A stretch of DNA of 63,256 nucleotides, counting the filler. It is 6 parts of 6 records of this genome, joined end to end, with 100 filler letters (N's around TTAATTAATTAA, not from the genome) between each part and the next. Parts side by side here need not be neighbours in the genome. Positions count along the whole stretch, not along the records: positions 42,239 to 53,929 come from DRR723986_5534; positions 54,030 to 63,256 come from DRR723986_5542; 4 more parts are not named here. One strand, given 5' to 3'. The translations under genes and the position numbers were made by a program. Below are positions 52,787-59,602 of the stretch, in pieces (the stretch's first letter is position 1; every line of letters begins with the position of its first letter). The notes under the pieces are model-generated. The model searched no databases. It was not told the origin of the DNA and saw only the letters and a list, made by a program, of their open reading frames with translations.

Positions 52787-53929
52787 ATGCCCGTCCTGAA
52801 ATCCAGTCTCGACGTGGCAGGCCCGCGCTTTGCCACGAACAAGGCCGCCATGGAACGCCTGCTCGAAGAGTTGCGCGAGCACACCGCCAAAGCCGTGCTT
52901 GGCGGACCTGAAGCCTCGCGCCAGCGCCATGTCGACCGGGGCAAGCTGCTCCCGCGCGATCGGGTCGAACGCCTGCTGGACCCCGGCAGCGCCTTCCTTG
53001 AGGTTGGCGCGCTGGCCGCCCACGGCATGTATGACGATGAAGCGCCCGCCGCCGGGATCATCACGGGCGTGGGCCGGGTCGAAGGCCGGGAATGCCTGAT
53101 CGTCTGCAACGATCCGACCGTGAAGGGCGGCGCCTACTTCCCCGTCACGGTTAAAAAGCATTTGCGCGCCCAGGAAATCGCGCTCGAAAACCATTTGCCC
53201 TGCATCTACCTTGTCGACAGCGGCGGGGCAAACCTGCCCCACCAGTCGGAAGTCTTTCCGGACCGGGAACATTTCGGCCGTATCTTCTACAACCAGGCCC
53301 AGATGAGCGCGAAGGGCATTCCCCAGATCGCCTCCGTCATGGGCAGCTGTACGGCAGGCGGCGCCTATGTGCCGGCCATGTCGGACGAAACGGTCATCGT
53401 GCGCAAGCAGGGCACGATCTTCCTCGGCGGCCCGCCACTGGTGAAGGCCGCGACGGGGGAGGTGATCTCGGCAGAAGATCTCGGCGGCGCCGACGTGCAT
53501 GCCCGCCGCTCCGGCGTGGCAGACCATTATGCCGCCCACGACTCCCACGCCCTTGCTATTGTGCGCTCCATCGTCCGTACGCTGGCGAAGCCGAAGCCCC
53601 AGCCATTCGACCTGACTGAACCGGCCGAGCCGCTCTATGATCCGGCAGAACTGCACGGCCTCGTGCCGCAGGATGTGCGCGAGCCCTATGATGCCCGCGA
53701 AGTCATCGCCCGCCTCGTCGACGGATCGGAATTCCATGAGTTCAAGAAACTCTATGGTGAAACCCTCGTCTGCGGCTTCGCCCGGCTCTACGGCATGCCG
53801 GTGGCGATCCTCGCCAATAACGGCATCCTGTTCTCGGAGAGCGCGCAGAAGGCTGCGCACTTTATCGAACTGGCGGACCAGCGCCGTATCCCGCTCGTCT
53901 TCCTGCAGAACATCACCGGCTTCATGGTC
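52787..53929 (+). CDS. mccB: 3-methylcrotonyl-CoA carboxylase beta subunit, 3'-truncated
   Basis: [42 protein letters not shown]. Confidence 0.93.
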
Positions 53930-54029
53930 NNNNNNNNNNNNNNNNNNNNNNNNNNNNNNNNNNNNNNNNNNNNTTAATTAATTAANNNNNNNNNNNNNNN
54001 NNNNNNNNNNNNNNNNNNNNNNNNNNNNN
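53930..54029. other. artificial contig spacer
   Basis: N44-TTAATTAATTAA-N44. Confidence 0.99.
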
Positions 54030-54030
54030 C

Positions 54031-54549
54031 ACCGATCCCTCCACGGGCGAAACCCTGCCCAATGGCGAGGTTGGCCAGATCGAGGTGCGCGGGCCGAATG
54101 TGTTCAAGGGCTACTGGCAGATGCCCGAGAAAACCGCCGCCGAGCTGCGCACCGACGGCTTCTTCATCACCGGCGATCTCGGCAAGATCGACGAGGACGG
54201 CTACGTCCACATCGTTGGCCGTAACAAGGACCTGATCATATCGGGCGGCTACAACATCTATCCCAAGGAGATCGAGCTGGTGCTGGATGACCAGCCCGGC
54301 GTGCTGGAAAGCGCCGTGGTGGGCGTGCCGCATCCCGATTTCGGGGAGACCGTGGTTGGCGTCATCGTTCCGGCCCCGGGCGAAAGCCCTGACCTGGAGG
54401 CCATTGCCAAAGCCGCCGGAACTTCGCTTGCGCGTTTCAAGCATCCCCGCAAGCTGGTGGTGGTCGATGAACTGCCGCGCAACACCATGGGCAAGGTGCA
54501 AAAGAACGTTTTGCGTGAGATTTTTCACGACATGTTCACGTCCGCCTGA
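54031..54549 (+). CDS. matB: malonyl-CoA synthetase, 5'-truncated
   Basis: GPNVFKGYWQMPEKT, GFFITGDLG, KDLIISGGYNIYPKE, LPRNTMGKVQKN. Confidence 0.85.
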   Translation, partial: TDPSTGETLPNGEVGQIEVRGPNVFKGYWQMPEKTAAELRTDGFFITGDLGKIDEDGYVHIVGRNKDLIISGGYNIYPKEIELVLDDQPGVLESAVVGVPHPDFGETVVGVIVPAPGESPDLEAIAKAAGTSLARFKHPRKLVVVDELPRNTMGKVQKNVLREIFHDMFTSA

Positions 54550-54583
54550 GCAGGGTTGCGCTTAGTTAGTAGCCCTTATTACT

Positions 54584-54597
54584 TTGATTTTTATCAA
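54584..54597. promoter_or_regulatory. perfect FNR-type box with no evident target gene
   Basis: TTGAT-TTTT-ATCAA. Confidence 0.5.
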
Positions 54598-54732
54598 AAC
54601 TTGAGCTGCTGAATCTGGAGAGCGGGCTGAGTTACTCATACTAGATTCGAAGGGATAAACCTGGCCACCATGGCATCCCCCGCCGCGTGATCAGATCCTC
54701 TAGTCATCAACAATCACATCGGACCAGTCAGA

Positions 54733-56319
54733 TCAGGCTAGCCAGCGGCGAACACCCAAACTGTTGGATTTACTTGGTGTGCCGTCATCCTCATCACCAA
54801 GAAATCGAGTGTATGCTTCCATCATGGTGCGTAATGACTTTTTTTCCGGATCCTCATCTTTGGAGACGCTAGAAGTTCGAGATGTGTAGCGGGACGGGCC
54901 ACCAATGAAGACAGGTCGCGTAGGATCGGCGGCCTGAAGCCATTCTCGCGGCTGTAGATCGACGTTTTTCCCGACGATGATCCGGTTCGAGAAGGCATTT
55001 TCGACGATTTCGCGTTTTTCAGCTGCAGTCCCGGAAGTATGAAGCCCTGCAAGGTTTTTCATGAGTTCGAGGAACATTCTACGTTCGTGCAGTATGGCCG
55101 CTGGATCGGGTAGATTTCGGAGTTCTTGCCGCAAGTTGGTGATCGAGAGTTCCAACTCGATCTTCTTGGAATGGTAGAAAGTAGCGTCGATCTCGCCGTC
55201 GATCAGGAGGTCCGCCAACCGGTTCAGACGCGCTTCCTCGGATGACAGGCGCAGCTTTAGGGCCTCCGCTCTGCCCACGACCTCGGCCATGCAATCCTTT
55301 CTCAGCCAAGAGGCCGCAAGCCGACTTGAGCGTGCCGGAGTGATCTCCAGCCTCCTCAGGCAGTCGACAACCTGGGCTTCAATACAATCTTCGCGGATCG
55401 TCTTTGTGGGGCACTCGCGGACCTGGCACCGGTAGTACACATTGCCTTTCTGCCGCTCCGGCGACATCGGTCCACTGCAGAGACCGCAGCGAAAGAGGCC
55501 CTGGTAGACATGGTTGTGGCGGGTGATGACCTTTCCATTCCGGCCCGCCTTGACGTCCTGGGCACGCTTGAACAGCGACGCCGAGATTAGCGGCTGATGA
55601 ACTCCCCTGTAGGACTTTCCTGAACGCATGATCACGATCAGCCCCGTGTAGAACGGATTATTGATGATGGACTCAATTCCACAGAGGCTCAGTGGCCGGT
55701 TCGCGGCGTTCCTGAGACCGCGCCGGTTCATTTCTGCTCTCAGCGATCTCAGGGAGTGTCGCCCACTTGCGTAAAGCTCGAACATCTCTGTGATAAGCGG
55801 CGCTGTCTTTGGGTCCGGCGTCTTTGGCCGGCCCTTACCGTTGTCGAGGTAGCCAATTGGTGCTCTGAACGGATAGAGACCTTGTTTCAGGCGCCCATGA
55901 AGACCCTTGATGGTCTCTTCGCGCAAATTCCTGATGTAGTCCGCTGCGATGACCGCTTGAATGTCAGCCGTCAAACGCCCTCCACGCGAGTTGAAGTCGA
56001 GGTTCTCCGTGGCGATGAACACATCGACACCCATGTCCGGGAGTTCGCTGAACATGGCCCAATCTCTGAGATTGCGGGCCGAGCGATCGATCTTATGGAT
56101 GATCACGCCCCGTGCCGCTCCTCGCTTCAACTGCCCAAGCATCTGATTGAAGATCGGGCGCCCGCCTTTTGCGGCAGTCTGCCTTTCCTCGAACCATTTG
56201 ACGACCGACAGGTTCTGGCGACTCGCAAAGCTTGTTATGGCATCCTTCTGAGCCTCGAGTGATACCCCCTCTCCTTGCTTCTGAGTGGACACTCGGATGT
56301 AGCCAAAGCACGGTTTCAT
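54733..56319 (-). CDS. large serine recombinase (resolvase, recombinase, Zn-ribbon and coiled-coil domains)
   Basis: YIRVST catalytic Ser, KIDRSARN, APIGY, NPFYTG, HQPLIS, CGLC...YYRC....C. Confidence 0.93.
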   Translation of the reverse strand: MKPCFGYIRVSTQKQGEGVSLEAQKDAITSFASRQNLSVVKWFEERQTAAKGGRPIFNQMLGQLKRGAARGVIIHKIDRSARNLRDWAMFSELPDMGVDVFIATENLDFNSRGGRLTADIQAVIAADYIRNLREETIKGLHGRLKQGLYPFRAPIGYLDNGKGRPKTPDPKTAPLITEMFELYASGRHSLRSLRAEMNRRGLRNAANRPLSLCGIESIINNPFYTGLIVIMRSGKSYRGVHQPLISASLFKRAQDVKAGRNGKVITRHNHVYQGLFRCGLCSGPMSPERQKGNVYYRCQVRECPTKTIREDCIEAQVVDCLRRLEITPARSSRLAASWLRKDCMAEVVGRAEALKLRLSSEEARLNRLADLLIDGEIDATFYHSKKIELELSITNLRQELRNLPDPAAILHERRMFLELMKNLAGLHTSGTAAEKREIVENAFSNRIIVGKNVDLQPREWLQAADPTRPVFIGGPSRYTSRTSSVSKDEDPEKKSLRTMMEAYTRFLGDEDDGTPSKSNSLGVRRWLA

Positions 56320-56471
56320 AAATCATTTGATTTAGTCTCTGACTCTATCATATCCGCAGGATTCCGCGACTCTGGTAGCTCCGGCCATGGCCAAGACCCG
56401 TCGGCCAGTAACCTTAAGAACATGCGTTTGCAGAGCGCGAGGTGGCGATCGATGTGGGGATCATTGGTCAT
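56316..56471 (-). CDS. 51-aa ORF translationally coupled to the recombinase
   Basis: MTNDPHIDRHLALCKRMFLRLLADGSWPW...; ATGA overlap; ATG 6 nt after a -10 box (leaderless). Confidence 0.65.
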   Translation of the reverse strand: MTNDPHIDRHLALCKRMFLRLLADGSWPWPELPESRNPADMIESETKSNDL

Positions 56472-56477
56472 TTCGGC

Positions 56478-56510
56478 AGTGTACCGAACCACCTTGGTCA
56501 GCCTAGTCGG
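56478..56510 (-). promoter_or_regulatory. element promoter motif copy 1
   Basis: CCGACTAGGC-N17-TACACT-N6-ATG. Confidence 0.75.
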
Positions 56511-56539
56511 CGCGCCATTCGGGATCTGGATAAAGTAGG

Positions 56540-56567
56540 AAGAAAAGGCGACCCCGAAGGGTCGCCT
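56540..56567 (-). terminator. rho-independent terminator after the DUF932 gene
   Basis: AGGCGACC-CUUCGG-GGUCGCCU followed by UUUCUU. Confidence 0.85.
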
Positions 56568-56581
56568 GAGGTCTGACGGGA

Positions 56582-57340
56582 TCATGCCAGCGCCTGCAAG
56601 GTTGCAGGGCTGAACGCACCCGGCTCTCGACCCGCCTCACAGGTCGCATCAAGCACCTGGTGCAGACGATGCGTGAGCGCCGGGGCTTCCGCGATCCGGC
56701 CTTCAAGCGCATGCGTCACACAGTTGAAGAGCCGCCACGCGGTCTTCACGCCCCAGTCATGGGGCGGGTTCTCCCACCGCTCCATCACCGACGGGATGCG
56801 GGTGACGGTGATGACTCCCGCCCGGTAGAGCTCGAGCACCACGTGGTCGGCCTCGCCTTGCGTGAGCGTCCGGCTGCGGTATCGGGTGATGGTCCGATGC
56901 TGGGCTTCGCGCTGATTGGCCAGAGGCTCGATCAGGTCTCCGACAAGTCCCGGCAGGTCGCGCTTGGCCAGGGTCGTGTGCCGCCGCTTGACCACGTGGT
57001 CCGCAATGAAGGCGAGGTTGTCACAAACGAAGACCCGGGACCCGAAGGATATCCCGATCGGGAAGGTCTTGTCGTGGCTGTTTCTCAGGCCCACCGCGTC
57101 GGTGTAATCCCCGTAGGTGCTTCTGAGCGACAGGACCCCGAAGTAACGCATCCCGTCAGGCGTTACCCCGTGGTGTTCCTCCTCCACGGTATGGCCGTAG
57201 AAGCCGAGCGTGAGCCGGACCACGTCCACCAGGCGGTGGTGCGGGATTGGCACATGAGTCCGGGTGGCGTCCGGGGTCTCCAGGTGCCGAAGGCCGGAAT
57301 AGTCGAGCGGGTCCGCGCCCGCGTGCAGCATGAGCGTCAT
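56582..57340 (-). CDS. DUF932-family protein
   Basis: THVPIPH, GLRNSHDK, GSRVFVCDNLAF, RRHT, TAWRLFNCVT; RBS GGAGA. Confidence 0.8.
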   Translation of the reverse strand: MTLMLHAGADPLDYSGLRHLETPDATRTHVPIPHHRLVDVVRLTLGFYGHTVEEEHHGVTPDGMRYFGVLSLRSTYGDYTDAVGLRNSHDKTFPIGISFGSRVFVCDNLAFIADHVVKRRHTTLAKRDLPGLVGDLIEPLANQREAQHRTITRYRSRTLTQGEADHVVLELYRAGVITVTRIPSVMERWENPPHDWGVKTAWRLFNCVTHALEGRIAEAPALTHRLHQVLDATCEAGREPGAFSPATLQALA

Positions 57341-57385
57341 GGCTTGTCTCCAATGATGTTGGGAAAGGAACAGGGTTCCGACACC

Positions 57386-57418
57386 AGTCTACGGGAGCAT
57401 GCCGCATGGCCTAGTCGG
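57386..57418 (-). promoter_or_regulatory. element promoter motif copy 2
   Basis: CCGACTAGGC-N17-TAGACT, then CTGTTCCTTTCCC. Confidence 0.75.
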
Positions 57419-57435
57419 GGCAATATCGGCTGATG

Positions 57436-58617
57436 CTATGCGGCCAGAGAACGGGCCGGTAATGGCTGCGTCATCGCAGAGAAGGCCTGGGTCTTCTGTC
57501 CCTCAACCATCAACTGCACGAAGGCGCGGTGATTGGGCTGGGAGACAAGATCGGTCACATCTACCGTACCGAGTTGTTGGGCAAAGGTCGGGGCATCCAT
57601 GGCCCCGAGGCGGAACACCATCAGGCTGCCCACATTGCCAAGGACAGCCTCGAACACCTCGCGCTCGGTCTGGACGATATGCTGATGGGCCAAGGTCAGG
57701 CCCAAACCGTATTTACGGGTCTCGGAGAGCATCCCCGTGAAAGCCGCGGTCGTAAAGCAATGGAACTCGTCGACATGGACCATGAAAGGGCGACGCTCTG
57801 CCTGAGGGAGATCATGGCGTGAGAAGCCCGCGTTCATGAGACTTGAGACGAGAAGGCCACCAAGGACATTGGCCGTATCAATGCCAAGGCGCCCCTTGGC
57901 GAGGTTCACGATCAGGATTTGGCCCTCGTCTATGATCCTGCGGAAGCGGAGCGGCTCTTCAGGCTCGCAGATGGCAGTGCGGACGACCGGGTTGGCCAGG
58001 AAAGCTCCAAGCTTGTTGGCAATCGGCGCGACCCCGTCCACGGCTGTTTGGTAGTTCATGTTCGGGAATTCCTGCGTCCAGAAGGCCAGGACCTGCGCAT
58101 CGGTCACACGGGAGATGACCTGCCGCCGAAAGTCCTTCTCGACATAAAGTCGGACGATGTCCCGGATGTCCGCACTTGGCTGTTCAAGGAGCGCAAGGAT
58201 TGCATAGCGAAGGAGGTGCTCCATGCGGGCCCCCCAGGCATCGGCCCATTGCTTCTTTAGGCTCTCGATTAGACCAGACGCTATGAGGGGACGGTAGGAT
58301 GCCGAGACGCGCGTCAGCGGATTGTACCCGTAGGGGCTTCTGGGATCCGCGACATTCCAGTAGTGATGAGGCACGGTGAGACGGGCGGAAAGCTCCGCCG
58401 CAAGATCTCCATGCGGATCAATGAGGCAAAAGCCGATCCCTGCACGTGCATCATGCAGGGCGAGATTGCCCAGAAGCGTGGATTTACCCGTCCCGGTCTG
58501 GCCGATGACATAGAGATGCATCAGGCGATCCGCGAGGCGGATTCCGAAGGGGATATCCCCATAGTGGCGACAACCAAGGCCAAGGGGTGTGATGTGGTCA
58601 GATGACAAGCGCATCAT
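57436..58617 (-). CDS. soluble TrwB/TraD/HerA-like P-loop ATPase
   Basis: HLYVIGQTGTGKSTLL (Walker A), IDPHGDL, VHVDEFH (Walker B), ETRKYGLGLTLAHQ, GNVGS; no TM segments; start 58617 or 58614. Confidence 0.85.
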   Translation of the reverse strand: MMRLSSDHITPLGLGCRHYGDIPFGIRLADRLMHLYVIGQTGTGKSTLLGNLALHDARAGIGFCLIDPHGDLAAELSARLTVPHHYWNVADPRSPYGYNPLTRVSASYRPLIASGLIESLKKQWADAWGARMEHLLRYAILALLEQPSADIRDIVRLYVEKDFRRQVISRVTDAQVLAFWTQEFPNMNYQTAVDGVAPIANKLGAFLANPVVRTAICEPEEPLRFRRIIDEGQILIVNLAKGRLGIDTANVLGGLLVSSLMNAGFSRHDLPQAERRPFMVHVDEFHCFTTAAFTGMLSETRKYGLGLTLAHQHIVQTEREVFEAVLGNVGSLMVFRLGAMDAPTFAQQLGTVDVTDLVSQPNHRAFVQLMVEGQKTQAFSAMTQPLPARSLAA

Positions 58618-58620
58618 GGC

Positions 58621-58654
58621 ATTGTGGGGCGGCACGGCGACAAACCCTAGGCAG
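58621..58654 (-). promoter_or_regulatory. element promoter motif, degenerate copy 4
   Basis: CTGCCTAGGG-N18-CACAAT-N6-ATG(58614). Confidence 0.5.
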
Positions 58655-58696
58655 CCATTCAGACGCCTATCCAATATCCTCTGGCGCGATAGATCA

Positions 58697-58729
58697 CCGA
58701 CTAGGCGAACGCGTTCTCTGAGCTAGACT
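58697..58729 (+). promoter_or_regulatory. element promoter motif copy 3
   Basis: CCGACTAGGC-N17-TAGACT, then CTGTTCCTTCCC. Confidence 0.75.
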
Positions 58730-58817
58730 GGGATCAGAGCTGTTCCTTCCCTTATCGCCTTTCGCCGGGTGCGCCCGAACCCCTTCGGGCGGCCACCCAA
58801 GCGGAAGGAGATGTCCT

Positions 58818-59348
58818 ATGGTGACGATCAAGGGAGAAGAGGTTGGCACGCTCGGCACGATGCCTGTGTGCGAAATCTGTGGCTCGGAACGCGTTGTTCA
58901 CGATGCCTGGGCCTGCTGGAACCGCGACTATGCCATCTGGGAACTCGAGACCGTGTTCGACCAGATGTATTGCCGACAATGCGAGGCTGAAACACGTTTC
59001 ACCTGGAGGCGGGTTGATACCGGTCCATGTATCGCCGTGCGGGACCTCAACGACAGGTTTCGGAAACAGGGTCTCGGCAACGGCAGCGTCATGATCACCG
59101 CCGGACTGCAAGAGTGCGGAGAGGCGTTCATTCGCAAAGCTGTGGATGCAGTCCGCGCCTTTGACGCCTTCACAGAAGCCAATGACCCCTGGGGCGAGCA
59201 TGACTTCGGCGCGATCGAGATCGACGGCGAAAAGGTCTTCTGGAAGATCGACGCCTACGATCCTAGCCTGACAACCGGGTCTGAAAACCCAGCAAACGAG
59301 GCCAAGACTCACCGCGTCCTAACGATCATGCTCGCACGGGAATATTGA
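58818..59348 (+). CDS. DUF3768-family protein with N-terminal Zn ribbon
   Basis: CEIC...CRQC; LNDRFR, FDAFTEANDPWGEHDFG, FWKIDAYD, RVLTIMLAREY; RBS AAGGAG. Confidence 0.85.
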   Translation: MVTIKGEEVGTLGTMPVCEICGSERVVHDAWACWNRDYAIWELETVFDQMYCRQCEAETRFTWRRVDTGPCIAVRDLNDRFRKQGLGNGSVMITAGLQECGEAFIRKAVDAVRAFDAFTEANDPWGEHDFGAIEIDGEKVFWKIDAYDPSLTTGSENPANEAKTHRVLTIMLAREY

Positions 59349-59352
59349 TCAC

Positions 59353-59381
59353 AGCCGCTCCGGAGACGGGGCGGCTCCTTT
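59353..59381 (+). terminator. terminator after the DUF3768 gene
   Basis: AGCCGCUCCG-GAGA-CGGGGCGGCU followed by CCUUU. Confidence 0.7.
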
Positions 59382-59445
59382 GCGCTTCCGGCCCATTCCG
59401 GACCTTCACCCTAAGCTCCCGATGCTGCGGTCGCAGCCCGCTTTC

Positions 59446-59517
59446 CGGACATTCGCTGCAGCAGCGAAATCTCGAGGTCCATGAATGCGAAAAGTGCGGA
59501 CGAGGCGCTCTTTCGCT
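59446..59517 (+). repeat. cargo-flanking motif A (copy 2)
   Basis: CGGACATTCGC...TGCGGACGAGGCGCTCTTTCGCT, similar to 31567-31624 (minus strand). Confidence 0.5.
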
Positions 59518-59602
59518 GCACTCGAACCAATGTCTTCTATGTGCACATTGCGGTTAACTTCACAGTAGTAAGGCATTCTGGTCGAGGGTGTGCCAATGAT
59601 CA

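Larger units (their letters stand above)
54600..59385. mobile_element. compact serine-recombinase integrative element (boundaries approximate)
   Basis: Recombinase, small ORF, DUF932, ATPase and DUF3768 with a shared promoter motif, next to housekeeping matB. Confidence 0.7.

Noticed and set aside
54641-54904. tRNA genes near the recombinase
   Set aside because: Only TTCGA...CCACCA fragments are present, with wrong spacing and no cloverleaf. Kept only as possible att-like sequence.
57436-58617. HerA-based anti-phage system or complete conjugation module
   Set aside because: There is no adjacent SIR2, nuclease or NurA partner, and no relaxase or VirB genes. Neither label is supported.
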